Source of the DNA: an uncultured virus (IMG/VR IMGVR_UViG_3300044611_002505)
Lineage: Duplodnaviria > Heunggongvirae > Uroviricota > Caudoviricetes
Reading direction: 5' to 3' (one strand)
IMG/VR virus record: IMGVR_UViG_3300044611_002505
Length of the DNA stretch: 64,000 bases
The position numbers and the translations under genes were made by a program. Shown here one piece after another: positions 10,163 through 19,782 of this stretch. The notes beneath the pieces were generated by a model, which was given only the letters and a program-made list of their open reading frames with translations, did no database searches and was not told the origin of the DNA. Within the stretch, counting starts at the first letter, position 1. Every line of letters begins with the position of its first letter.

Positions 10163-10507
10163 ATGAAAAAAAATAAAGATATATTGAAGCTAAGTGGCAT
10201 TACAGAAAAAGAAACTCTTAAGAGTTTTGCTAATAAAAGAAAATCCTCTGCTTTTGTTATTGCCAATTCTGCAAAAGAAAAAGGTGGTATAGCCGTATTA
10301 ACAGAAAAACATTTTGAAGTTAAACTTCCAATATATGAAAAAGCTTTTAAGTCTTTCGATAAGGAAGATTTCAAAAAACAATATGAATCTCTTGTTGAAG
10401 AATTAAGTTCTAAAAAAATAGAAGATATGAAGCAAATTGATTTTCAGATGCTCGTGGGCAAAATAGAAGTTGTTGGCGAGCTTTTAATTAAAAATGAAGA
10501 CAGATAG
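10163..10507 (+). CDS. Hypothetical protein
   Basis: GGAG RBS, Lys-rich ORF. Confidence 0.6.
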   Translation: MKKNKDILKLSGITEKETLKSFANKRKSSAFVIANSAKEKGGIAVLTEKHFEVKLPIYEKAFKSFDKEDFKKQYESLVEELSSKKIEDMKQIDFQMLVGKIEVVGELLIKNEDR

Positions 10508-10525
10508 TTTATTACGGAGTTAATT

Positions 10526-11446
10526 ATGAATTTTAAGCAATTTTATCAAATCAGCGAAAGAACAATAGGGTTATCTTCCGATGAATTGTCTTATGTTGAT
10601 GTGTTAATGCAAAAAATAAAAGACCACTGCGTTCCTGAGCTTTGGGAATTAGGCTATGCTGGTTTAAATTCAAAATCCCTTGATAGCTTTGACGAATCGG
10701 GCTTTGGATTAGTAATTCACGATTTTGAAGAAGAACCCTTCCCAGACCTTAAAATAAGTTTATATATCTACAGTCCTGATCACGCTGGGTCTTATAGACA
10801 CGAACCTTATGTGTCTACAGTGCCCTACAAAAGATTAATCTCACCTAGTGGTGGCCCTACTAATGATTATATATTTCGTAAAAAATTAGTAGGGAAGTCA
10901 CTGATTGAGATAGTAGTCCCAGAAGCAGAACTACCAGAAAAATTAAAATGGATAGAAAAAAACTTTATTACAAAATTTCTTTTAAATTTAATAAAAAAAA
11001 CATTTGTACCCAAGGTTGTAGATTTAAGACGCACCTTGGAGCATGAATTAATACACTACAAAGATCCTTCTATAAGGATTATTAAACGTCCAACAAATTT
11101 ACCACACAAAAATAAACGCAAAGATTCAGAAGAAACTTCTACAACAAACTACAGGGACAGAGGAGAAGGATACTACACAAGTGGTGGAGAAATTAGTGGC
11201 GGAGTACCAACAGAATTTTACCCAAGAATATGGACAATAATTAGAAATTGCAAAAGTGAACAAGACAAAAAAGAACTAATAGATTGGATCAAAAAACCAG
11301 TTCCAATTCTTCCTAAGTGTATGGAAAGTGAAACAGAGTTTGTTAAATACACTTGGGAAAACCCAAGCTTAAGAAGGATGTTTCTTGGAAAGTTATATGA
11401 CGGAATAACAGGAAGAGTCAGTTCGGGAAAACCCTACGATACCTAA
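10526..11446 (+). CDS. Putative zincin-like metalloprotein with CTS-like N-terminus
   Basis: LEHELIHY (HExxH) with a downstream PTE; starts MNFKQFYQISE. Confidence 0.6.
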   Translation: MNFKQFYQISERTIGLSSDELSYVDVLMQKIKDHCVPELWELGYAGLNSKSLDSFDESGFGLVIHDFEEEPFPDLKISLYIYSPDHAGSYRHEPYVSTVPYKRLISPSGGPTNDYIFRKKLVGKSLIEIVVPEAELPEKLKWIEKNFITKFLLNLIKKTFVPKVVDLRRTLEHELIHYKDPSIRIIKRPTNLPHKNKRKDSEETSTTNYRDRGEGYYTSGGEISGGVPTEFYPRIWTIIRNCKSEQDKKELIDWIKKPVPILPKCMESETEFVKYTWENPSLRRMFLGKLYDGITGRVSSGKPYDT

Positions 11447-11454
11447 ATATCAAT

Positions 11455-11847
11455 TTACTTTAAATACTTAAGTTTATATAAAGTTCTATAAGTTAAAGCT
11501 ACCACTTCGTCTAATGTGTTTTTAAGATGGCTATCCGAGTCTTTTAAAGAATCTCTTCCTATTATGAATATTTTTGCTGCATCTTCAAGATATTCCACTA
11601 TATCTTCGATTGGTGAAACCTGAATACTTTCATACCCTGTGAGTATTCCGTATTCACCTTGCCATGTTTCAACAAAAGTGTCAATGAATTCAAGTAAATC
11701 GTCATAATATGAGTTTAAAGCTTTGTGAACACTATAGCTCTTTGTTTGTAAGTGAAAATTATGGCTTGTTTGACGAACTTCAAACATTTTTTCCACAAGC
11801 TTTTTTACGCTTTTTGCATCTTTGTATTCTTTTAAACTCATTACCAT
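11455..11847 (-). CDS. Ferritin/Dps-like phage protein (DUF5856-like)
   Basis: H..HLQT.SY..HKAL..YY, D.FVE..QG.YG, TLYKL..L. Confidence 0.75.
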   Translation of the reverse strand: MVMSLKEYKDAKSVKKLVEKMFEVRQTSHNFHLQTKSYSVHKALNSYYDDLLEFIDTFVETWQGEYGILTGYESIQVSPIEDIVEYLEDAAKIFIIGRDSLKDSDSHLKNTLDEVVALTYRTLYKLKYLK

Positions 11848-11917
11848 AAAATACCTTTCTTCAAAATGTATAGAATATAAGAGTTGATTTAGTTTAATTT
11901 TTGGATATAATTATTGC

Positions 11918-12262
11918 ATGAAATGCCCAATATGCCAACAAAAATCTGATTTGTTTGTAACTTCTCACAAGAACAAGCCTTTTGTGGACAATAAACTTTA
12001 TCCAAAAATATGCTTCACTTGTTTTTCTGCTCCAAAAACCACACTTCAAAAGTATAAAGAAGATGGATCTTTAAAAGAAGAAATAGAGTTGGAGTATTCT
12101 GTTGATAACTTACACTCGGCAAGAGAGCTTTTTGAAGCTGGTTCGGCAGATAATCTAAATCAAGCCAAAAATTGTGTTAAAGCTATAAAAGAACTTAAGG
12201 TTGAATCAAATAAAAGTATTTTAAAGAAAACTAAACCAAAAATGGAATTGTACTTGAACTGA
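11918..12262 (+). CDS. Zn-finger-like hypothetical protein
   Basis: CPIC...CFTC; TTGATT-16-TATAAT promoter upstream. Confidence 0.6.
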   Translation: MKCPICQQKSDLFVTSHKNKPFVDNKLYPKICFTCFSAPKTTLQKYKEDGSLKEEIELEYSVDNLHSARELFEAGSADNLNQAKNCVKAIKELKVESNKSILKKTKPKMELYLN

Positions 12263-12272
12263 AAGTTTCTTG

Positions 12273-12292
12273 TTCCCTGTTCGTGGTACGCT
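12273..12292 (+). promoter_or_regulatory. Degenerate copy of the GGTACGCT module-head motif
   Basis: TTCCCTGTTCGTGGTACGCT. Confidence 0.5.
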
Positions 12293-12364
12293 AGTGATGT
12301 GCCTCTTTATGGCGAGCAAGTTGTTGTTAGCATTGAATCTTTAAATTCACAAAAGAAAAAGAAG

Positions 12365-12814
12365 ATGAATAATTCGTTTCTACTGATATTTTTACTTTTA
12401 ACAAACATTTCATTTGCTGAAGACTATGTTCTTCTTGATATCGATGTAGAAATTGATGCTGATCAAGAATATGTTGATCTTCCAGTAATCTCAAAGCAGA
12501 GTGAAAAAACTGAAAATCATATTGGATATGGAATCCACTTAGATGAATGGAATGTTAAAAATTATATAACAAGAATTCATTTCAAAGAAAAACTTAAAAG
12601 TGATTCAATAATCAAAAAGAATACTCTTATTGTTTTGAATGGCGAATATGAAGTTGAAAAAACATCTCAAGGCACATTTGCACACAAATTTTTCGTAAAA
12701 GAACCAAAAGAGATAGAGTATATTGCCTGTGGAGTCTATATTGACTACTATAGAGATTTGCTGGGAGAAAAAGTAAGGTTGGTTGGTAGATCGTTTCCAG
12801 AGAATTACAAATGA
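12365..12814 (+). CDS. Exported hypothetical protein
   Basis: Signal-peptide-like MNNSFLLIFLLLTNISFA. Confidence 0.6.
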   Translation: MNNSFLLIFLLLTNISFAEDYVLLDIDVEIDADQEYVDLPVISKQSEKTENHIGYGIHLDEWNVKNYITRIHFKEKLKSDSIIKKNTLIVLNGEYEVEKTSQGTFAHKFFVKEPKEIEYIACGVYIDYYRDLLGEKVRLVGRSFPENYK

Positions 12815-13413
12815 TAACTTTAATAGGTGATTGCCACCAAAAATATAAAAGATATCATGAAATAATTAGAGAGAAAGATCGTCATGAATACACTATACAA
12901 ATTGGAGATTTTGGAATATCCAAATATGAAACATTAGATAATGTTGATCCAAACAAACATAGGATCATTATGGGTAATCACGATAACTATGATTTAGCCC
13001 CAAATTATCCACATTTTTACGGCGACTATGGATATACCTCTTTAAATGGCATTAACCTATTCTATTACCGTGGTGCCTACTCTATAGATAGACAATACCG
13101 CACAGTTGGTATAGACTGGTGGGAGCAAGAGCAAGTATCAATCGATCAATTTATGAAGGCTAGAGCACTTTATAGAGAAGTTAAGCCAGACATAATGTTA
13201 ACTCATGATTGTCCAGATGAAGTTAGTTTTCATTTAATGAAACCAGATCAAAGAAAATACGAGAACTTAACAGGATGGGCATTACAAGAATTGTTTAATA
13301 TTCATCAGCCAAAGAAGTGGCGGTTCGCCCATTGGCATAGAAGCTGGCGAATGACTATTAGCGGTACAGATTTTAGATGTTTAAATGAGTTGGAAACAGA
13401 GTTGATCGGTTAA
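12811..13413 (+). CDS. Calcineurin-like metallophosphoesterase
   Basis: GDCH, GDFG, GNHD, THDCP, HWH motifs. Confidence 0.88.
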   Translation: MITLIGDCHQKYKRYHEIIREKDRHEYTIQIGDFGISKYETLDNVDPNKHRIIMGNHDNYDLAPNYPHFYGDYGYTSLNGINLFYYRGAYSIDRQYRTVGIDWWEQEQVSIDQFMKARALYREVKPDIMLTHDCPDEVSFHLMKPDQRKYENLTGWALQELFNIHQPKKWRFAHWHRSWRMTISGTDFRCLNELETELIG

Positions 13414-13502
13414 GCCGAAAGGTTCTTGGTCGCGGGTATCCAAGATTAAATTAACTTCCGTAGACTTTTAGCGTGGTTTGGTGTAAGACTGAAAACCACG
13501 CT
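13409..13502 (+). ncRNA. Candidate structured intergenic RNA/leader
   Basis: AGCC-GAAA-GGTT, TCTTGG/CCAAGA and AGCGTGGTTT/AAACCACGCT hairpins in a GC-richer intergenic gap. Confidence 0.4.
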
Positions 13503-13527
13503 TTATAATTCCCTTTAGGTAATCACA

Positions 13528-13929
13528 ATGAACAAAAATATAATGAAAAAATGGATTAAAGCTCTTCGATCTGGGAAGTATAAGCAAGGCATAGGAACTT
13601 TAAAACATTATGACACTAACGCACAAGCACGACATTGTTGCTTAGGTGTTCTTTGTGAACTGTACAACGATCAAATGAGAAAAGATAAAAAGAAAACCTT
13701 GTCTGAAGAAACTCTCCATCATGATTCTTTTACTCATGGAGTAGTTGAATTCAATAGAAGCAGAGATTATTTGCCAAAAAAGGTTGTTGATTGGGCTGAT
13801 ATGAATGATAATCTTGGTTTGTATTATGATGAAAAAAATAAAGAGAATTGTTTGTCTGATATGAACGATGAAGGCAAAAAATTTAAAACAATAGCGAACG
13901 TTATTGAGAAAAATTGGGAGAATGTATGA
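13528..13929 (+). CDS. Hypothetical phage protein
   Basis: KWIKALRSGKYKQG...CCLGVLC...ND.G..F..IA..IE pattern recalled from small phage proteins. Confidence 0.7.
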   Translation: MNKNIMKKWIKALRSGKYKQGIGTLKHYDTNAQARHCCLGVLCELYNDQMRKDKKKTLSEETLHHDSFTHGVVEFNRSRDYLPKKVVDWADMNDNLGLYYDEKNKENCLSDMNDEGKKFKTIANVIEKNWENV

Positions 13930-14220
13930 AAAACATGAGTGAATCTGAAGACTCTGACCACCTACATAACCCAACATTAAAAGAATTATTGAGAGCATGT
14001 GAGGATTTGTGTCATAAATTAAGAGTGCCATATGATCCGTATAAAATACGAATCACTACAGACTATGGCACCAGGGTAGCGATTTATTATGATGGAGGTG
14101 CTGAGTTATTATGATTAGTAGAGAAGCAATTATCTGGACTGTCGGAGCATGGTTTGGCGGTAGCCTTGTTGGTCTAATTATGTCTATGATGTTCTCAATC
14201 ATCATATCAAGGATGGAACG

Positions 14221-14415
14221 ATGACTAACGAAGATAAACAAGACTGTCTTACTTTACTAAAAGAAATAAAAGATGCTTGTAAGGTGCTCATAAAAAATAA
14301 AGATAAAGCTAATGATACCGATATACAATCATTTGCTTACGCCATAGATCAATCTGTTGATGTTCTTGTTGAGATTATTGAAAATAAACCTTTACATATT
14401 GAAAAAATGTTCTAG
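14221..14415 (+). CDS. Small hypothetical protein
   Basis: 64-aa ORF in a co-oriented run. Confidence 0.5.
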   Translation: MTNEDKQDCLTLLKEIKDACKVLIKNKDKANDTDIQSFAYAIDQSVDVLVEIIENKPLHIEKMF

Positions 14416-14779
14416 AACAAAAAACTTTACCGCTCGGGACATTTTCAATGATTTTTGCTAAAAATAACCAAAATATTCCCGCTCGGGAAAGCGGACAAAC
14501 AAGTGGTCAAAAAAATAATAAAACTTTATAAAAATAGGATTAAGAAGTGGTCAAAATAGCGGACAGGAGAGTCAAAAATGCCTTGGAACTACAGAATAGT
14601 CAAAAAGACTGAGGTGATAGAGTATCTTGAAAACTCAATCACGTATTGACTATATTACTGGAAAGGAAATCCAATGAAGAAAATCATTTTTTTAATTGTT
14701 TGCATGTTATCTGTTTCTTGTCTTGTAACAAACAGCAAAAACCATCTCCAAAAATTGTAGATTCAGAAAAAATCAACCA

Positions 14780-16153
14780 ATGACAAACAATATTATAATA
14801 CCTGTTAGAAACAGAGATATAAATAAAAATCAATACATAGAAAGTTTTGCATCAACTGGGGATTTTAAACTTTTTTTCATTCACCAAAAAAATGAATTGG
14901 CATTTAATCGCGGAATTCTCAAAAATATAGGTTTCCTAGAAAGCAGAAAGATAAACCCCTGCGAGTTTTTATTTTTTAACGATGTAGACAATATACCTCA
15001 AAAACTTGGCGTTAAACTATTGGCAAATAAAAATGAAATAAAACATCTATACGGGCACAATTTTTCCCTAGGCGGCATTTTTTCAACAGATTACGAAACA
15101 TTTGAAAAAACACAAGGATTTCCTAATGACTATTGGGGTTGGGGTGTAGAAGATGTAGCATTTCAATTCAGAGCAATGAGAAACAAAATAAAAATAGACA
15201 AATCAGACCTAGTAGAAAGAAACAAAAAAAATGAAGGATCCCACATAGATGAATTCGATTTTATACCCATGGAACATAGAAATTCTTGGAAGATTTCTTG
15301 GGACAAATACAATGTAGAAAGACAAACCATAGCAACTAGCGGACTAAACAACATATCTTATGAAGTAAATAAGATTTCTAAAATACAAGAAAATATATAT
15401 GAAATTGATTGCAACTTTCATAGAGAGTTTAAGATTTTGAAATATGAGTATAAAGACATCATACCAAACATAGGAGATGCAATACAAAGTTTGGCGCTAG
15501 AGGAGTTCTTAAATAAGTTTAATATAAAAGTTTCCGGTTATAGTGATAGATTCAAAATGGAGAAAGACACAATTATTAACGGACACCATAGAATGACCAA
15601 TAATTCTTTCAAAGAAGCTTTTCCAAAAAGAGCTATTTTCTTAGGGATACATTCAGAAAAAGAAATTATTAAAGAAATAGAAAAAGGAACAATAGTTGGA
15701 GCAAGAGACCCCTACACTTACAGAGAAATAGAAAAAACTGGCGACTTAAGACCCATATTTGTAGGATGTGTTACAAGTACATTTAAGCCATACGACGGAG
15801 AAAGGGATATTGAATCTTCCAAAATGTTTCATTGGAGAGGATATGACTGTCCAAAAAATTCCTCATGGACAGAGCAAATGAAATTTGCTTACGAATTATT
15901 GGAGATAATAAAAAGAAGCAAAATAATATACACAGATAGGCTGCACGTAGCAATACCAGCAATAGCCTTTGGAACCCCAGTTGTTCTAACGCCCAGAAAT
16001 TTCCAACCAGAACGATATTCTATATTTGAATGCTTCAGGGAATTTCCTGGATTTGGGAAAACTATTTTACCCTCTTGCGGACTTAGAGAAGCTATGAAAG
16101 AAAGATTTCATTACGGATTCGGATTCCTGTATAATGAATATTTAGCAAAGTGA
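14780..16153 (+). CDS. Fusion: GT7 (beta-1,4-galactosyltransferase-like) + polysaccharide pyruvyltransferase-like domain
   Basis: N-half IIIPVRNR, FNRG..KNIGF, DVD, GFPN.YWGWG.ED; C-half NIGD.IQ, RD, TDRLH.AIPAIAFG.P. Confidence 0.78.
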   Translation: MTNNIIIPVRNRDINKNQYIESFASTGDFKLFFIHQKNELAFNRGILKNIGFLESRKINPCEFLFFNDVDNIPQKLGVKLLANKNEIKHLYGHNFSLGGIFSTDYETFEKTQGFPNDYWGWGVEDVAFQFRAMRNKIKIDKSDLVERNKKNEGSHIDEFDFIPMEHRNSWKISWDKYNVERQTIATSGLNNISYEVNKISKIQENIYEIDCNFHREFKILKYEYKDIIPNIGDAIQSLALEEFLNKFNIKVSGYSDRFKMEKDTIINGHHRMTNNSFKEAFPKRAIFLGIHSEKEIIKEIEKGTIVGARDPYTYREIEKTGDLRPIFVGCVTSTFKPYDGERDIESSKMFHWRGYDCPKNSSWTEQMKFAYELLEIIKRSKIIYTDRLHVAIPAIAFGTPVVLTPRNFQPERYSIFECFREFPGFGKTILPSCGLREAMKERFHYGFGFLYNEYLAK

Positions 16154-16206
16154 AAAAGAATGAGAACATTTTACGCACCACATTGATTGCCCTTGTAAAA
16201 AAGCAC

Positions 16207-16235
16207 TTGAAAAAGAGTGAGGGCTGTGGTAAGAT
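16207..16235 (+). promoter_or_regulatory. Sigma70 extended -10 promoter for the tRNA
   Basis: TTGAAA-17 nt-TAAGAT with TG extension, 10 nt before the tRNA. Confidence 0.7.
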
Positions 16236-16245
16236 CTTTAAATAC

Positions 16246-16328
16246 ACCAGAGTGGCGGAATAGGTACACGCACTTGACTGTTAATCAAGCGTCGAAAGAC
16301 ATTGTAGGTTCGATCCCTACCTCTGGTG
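16246..16328 (+). tRNA. tRNA-Asn(GTT) with long variable arm; CCA not encoded
   Basis: ACCAGAG/CTCTGGT acceptor, GCG/CGC D-stem, CTTGA-CTGTTAA-TCAAG anticodon arm, GTC-GAAA-GAC variable arm, GTAGG-TTCGATC-CCTAC T-arm, discriminator G. Confidence 0.92.
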
Positions 16329-16329
16329 C

Positions 16330-16896
16330 TTAGTTTTTATTATCTTGATAATTAATCACATCCCTGCATAACTGCACAAATTCTTCCGAATTTAAAGTGT
16401 GCTTAGCCAAATTGACCTCTTTGCAAACAAGCTGGCAATTGCTTAGTGTATTTTCTCCGCCCCTAGATCTTGGGATTATATGATCTAATTGATATGTTCT
16501 GGGTTTCATTAAATCAATTGGCTTGCCTGTTAAAGCACACTTTGGATTATCTCCAACCTTATCTAAAAAATCTTTAATTGTAAACGCCATGCCAGCATAC
16601 TCCTTGTTAATTGTTGAAAATGATTCTATTCTTAATTTTAGGTTTCTGTTAAGTGTGTGAATGTGATTATTCTTTTGAATAGGTTTGCAGTATCTGTCAT
16701 AAATGAAACTTTCGATCTTTGAAACCAAAGGGTGTCTCTTAGATCTGTTTATTCTAAGCCTAGTTTTATATTTTTCTTTTTGTCCTTCACCGCAATGATA
16801 TGCAATTGTTCCTTTTGAACACTTAATCTCATCTTGGATTTTTCTATATGAATATCCTAGTGCCCTTAATTCTAATATTTTATCTTTTACTTTCAT
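16330..16896 (-). CDS. HNH endonuclease with N-terminal HTH (putative homing endonuclease)
   Basis: KILELRALGYSYRKIQ...SKGTIAYH HTH; CALTG, LDHIIPRSRGG.N..SN.Q..C...N..K. Confidence 0.85.
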   Translation of the reverse strand: MKVKDKILELRALGYSYRKIQDEIKCSKGTIAYHCGEGQKEKYKTRLRINRSKRHPLVSKIESFIYDRYCKPIQKNNHIHTLNRNLKLRIESFSTINKEYAGMAFTIKDFLDKVGDNPKCALTGKPIDLMKPRTYQLDHIIPRSRGGENTLSNCQLVCKEVNLAKHTLNSEEFVQLCRDVINYQDNKN

Positions 16897-16986
16897 GATT
16901 TGAACCTTTATTATATTTATATATATGCATTGAACCATAATTTTTATAAATTGACAAACCTCCAAACCCCCCACCACACTCTCACC

Positions 16987-17172
16987 ATGCCCTATAAAAT
17001 CAAAATACTAATTAGAATAGACGATAAAGACGTTGAGCATGGATATTTGTTGAAGCAAATGCCTCAAGGCGATAACACTGCTTTATATGAAGCAATAGGT
17101 ATTGAAACTAAAAATTTTTATACATTAAAAGAAAATGAATTTGTAGATTTGGGTTGGGTTGAAGAAAACTAA
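16987..17172 (+). CDS. Small hypothetical protein
   Basis: MPYKIKILI..., TTGACA upstream. Confidence 0.5.
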   Translation: MPYKIKILIRIDDKDVEHGYLLKQMPQGDNTALYEAIGIETKNFYTLKENEFVDLGWVEEN

Positions 17173-17193
17173 ATTTTTTCCAAGGAGGGAAAA

Positions 17194-17505
17194 ATGGCAC
17201 GATGCCTTTGTTTAATTAATGATAAATGGGTTGAAAGACTTTCTCCAAAATTTTCAGAAGAAGAAAAGAAAATATTGGATGATTGCACAGCTTCTAATGA
17301 TGAAAAAAGAAGCAAAGTGATCAAAGATTATAATATAAGAGGATCTCAACCTGCCTCTTTAGAAGACATTAAAATAGCCCAAGAAGTCTACGACAATAAT
17401 AAAGTAGTTGGCTCCGAGTTAATTATTGCTAATATAATACTTCCAGGTTTGCATGGAAGTATAAACTGTAAAGTTGGTAACGATTATAAGGTAATTAGGT
17501 TTTAA
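17194..17505 (+). CDS. Hypothetical protein
   Basis: AGGAGG RBS; 103 aa. Confidence 0.65.
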   Translation: MARCLCLINDKWVERLSPKFSEEEKKILDDCTASNDEKRSKVIKDYNIRGSQPASLEDIKIAQEVYDNNKVVGSELIIANIILPGLHGSINCKVGNDYKVIRF

Positions 17506-17711
17506 TCATGCTTGAAAAAGTCGCCCTAGTATTAGTTTTATTTTTAGTTGTCTTTGTTCTTTACAAATCAGTTCGGGCTTATCCTGAACCTGTAAAAGCT
17601 GAGAGACAAAAGCAGATAAATCAAAATATTTTTGCGATGGCTTGAGTTTACCCCAAGAGCGTCAGTGTCCAACAATGAATGATTTGGACAAGGGAATAAT
17701 TTTGCGGTAGA

Positions 17712-18017
17712 TTGATATATATCCTGGATATATTTAATGCTGGTGTTAATGAAGAAAAAATAAGCGGTATGAGTATTGGTCAAATGATGGCAGCAGGACC
17801 AACCGTTATGGCATCGGCAGCATCTCAACTTCTTATGTATATAAATATGAGTGTTGAAGATAAAGAAGTTTTTCCTCATAATCAAGAAGTTTTAAACAAA
17901 ATGAAAGAACAATATGAGAAAGCTAAAGCTCTAGCTGAAAAAGCTTGGGAAGATGGAGATCATGAGGGGAGTCTTTATGATCAGTATTATTTTGAGGCCG
18001 GATTTTTGCAGGTTTAA
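17712..18017 (+). CDS. Hypothetical protein whose 3' end carries the left island repeat
   Basis: Ends ...WEDGDHEGSLYDQYYFEAG. Confidence 0.5.
   Translation: MIYILDIFNAGVNEEKISGMSIGQMMAAGPTVMASAASQLLMYINMSVEDKEVFPHNQEVLNKMKEQYEKAKALAEKAWEDGDHEGSLYDQYYFEAGFLQV
17948..17995 (+). repeat. Left direct repeat of glycan island
   Basis: 42/48 identical to 26352-26399; first 21 nt GGAAGATGGAGATCATGAGGG exact. Confidence 0.85.
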
Positions 18018-18035
18018 CTTGTGGATTGAAGCAAC

Positions 18036-18896
18036 ATGATTAATTTAACTACTGTATCTGACTATAACTATTTAGTCAAAGGAATAACTTTATATGACTC
18101 ATTACTTAAAAATAGTAGTGAGTTTGTTTTGCATTATCTATGTATTGATGATGAATCATATAATAAATTAATTACATATGAATGTGATAATTTAAAAGCT
18201 TATAATGTTAATGATTTATTTAATGATGATGAAGTATTGATGAATGTTAAAAAATCTGAATATGGATATTTTTGTTTTTCATTGGCTTCATATTTTACAC
18301 AACATTTAATGTTGAAATTAAATGTCCCATTAATTTATATTGATAGTGATATCTATTTCCATCAAAGTATTAATGAATTATACAACCTAATGGAACCTAA
18401 ATCTATTGGTATTTTTAAACATAGACAATTTACTACCGAAAGAGCAGAAGGTGGTTATAATGTTGGTGTATGTTATTTTAATAACGACGTAGTTGGTAAA
18501 CACATTTTAAACTGGTGGGCTGATGCTGTTCTATACAAAAAATACCCACAATTAGCAACGTGTGGTGACCAAAAGTATTTAGACGCATTTTCATCGATGT
18601 GTCCAGATGATTTATTTTTTGATGAGTCTACAATTGGTCATGGTGCGCCGTGGTTGTGGCAATTATATGATTTCTCAAATTTTGATGAGGGTAATATTAT
18701 TTGGAACGGTATTAAGCAAAAACTTTATTTTAGTCATTTCTCACAATTTGTGTATAATACTAACAATTATATACCATCAGGACAACATCAAGAGTATACA
18801 TCATTGAGTATGTATAATGAAATATTACCATTAAAAACAATATATGATGATTATCATAATGAATTAAATGAAACCAAAAATAAATACAAAATTTAA
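18036..18896 (+). CDS. GT-A glycosyltransferase
   Basis: YIDSDIYF, G.YNVG, WW.D, GDQKYLD, APW, FSHF. Confidence 0.8.
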   Translation: MINLTTVSDYNYLVKGITLYDSLLKNSSEFVLHYLCIDDESYNKLITYECDNLKAYNVNDLFNDDEVLMNVKKSEYGYFCFSLASYFTQHLMLKLNVPLIYIDSDIYFHQSINELYNLMEPKSIGIFKHRQFTTERAEGGYNVGVCYFNNDVVGKHILNWWADAVLYKKYPQLATCGDQKYLDAFSSMCPDDLFFDESTIGHGAPWLWQLYDFSNFDEGNIIWNGIKQKLYFSHFSQFVYNTNNYIPSGQHQEYTSLSMYNEILPLKTIYDDYHNELNETKNKYKI

Positions 18897-18897
18897 C

Positions 18898-19674
18898 ATG
18901 AGTGAATTTTATAACGAACAAATCAATAAACATGGTTATTGGTGGAGTGGTGATTACCCTACATGGGATGACGCTGAAAAAGAATGTACTGGTTGTTCAG
19001 ACGAAAGCATTTTAGAACAAGTTAAAAATATATTATTAACAACCAAAGATAGAGAAGACATTTACGAAAGGGATGGCTGCATCATAGCGGGTGAACCAGA
19101 ATATGTTTTTGAATTGTTGGAATGGATTAAAAAAACAGCAATAAACAATGAAATTAATTTAATCGATTTTGGTGGGTCATTAGGCACAACCTTTTTTCAA
19201 TTAAAAAAATATTTAAAAGATTATAAAGTTAGATGGAACATTATCGAACAAGGAAATTTTGTTACTACTGGTAAAGAAATTTTTGAGGATGATAACATTA
19301 AATTTTATTATACTATTGATGAGTGTTTAGCCGAAACTAAACCAAATTGTTTTATTAGTTCAAGTGTTTTTCCGTACATTAAAAACACAGAAGAAATATT
19401 AACATCTGTTTTTGATTATAAGTTCGATTGGATTCTATTAGATAGAATGTCAATGATTGACGGTGACAAAGATAGATTGTCAATACAAATAGTACCACCA
19501 GACATTTATAAAGCAATATACCCATGCTGGTTTTTTGGAGAAGATAAATTTATAAATTATGTTGTCGATAATGGATATGAGCATTTAAAAAGTTTTGACG
19601 CTTTAGGTGGTAGAGGTTTTGCTCCAAGAATTAATACGTCAGCATACAGAGGATATATTTTTAAAAAATTATGA
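18898..19674 (+). CDS. SAM methyltransferase (TIGR04325-like)
   Basis: YERDG, LIDFGGSLG, WNIIEQ, Q.VPP.IY.A.YPCWFF. Confidence 0.78.
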   Translation: MSEFYNEQINKHGYWWSGDYPTWDDAEKECTGCSDESILEQVKNILLTTKDREDIYERDGCIIAGEPEYVFELLEWIKKTAINNEINLIDFGGSLGTTFFQLKKYLKDYKVRWNIIEQGNFVTTGKEIFEDDNIKFYYTIDECLAETKPNCFISSSVFPYIKNTEEILTSVFDYKFDWILLDRMSMIDGDKDRLSIQIVPPDIYKAIYPCWFFGEDKFINYVVDNGYEHLKSFDALGGRGFAPRINTSAYRGYIFKKL

Positions 19675-19782
19675 AGCAACTAATGAACCTAATAATCAAG
19701 AATTTATGAAATACCAACAAATTAAATCATTATATGATGATTACTTTAACGAAACAATAAAAACTTATAAAAAATATTATAT

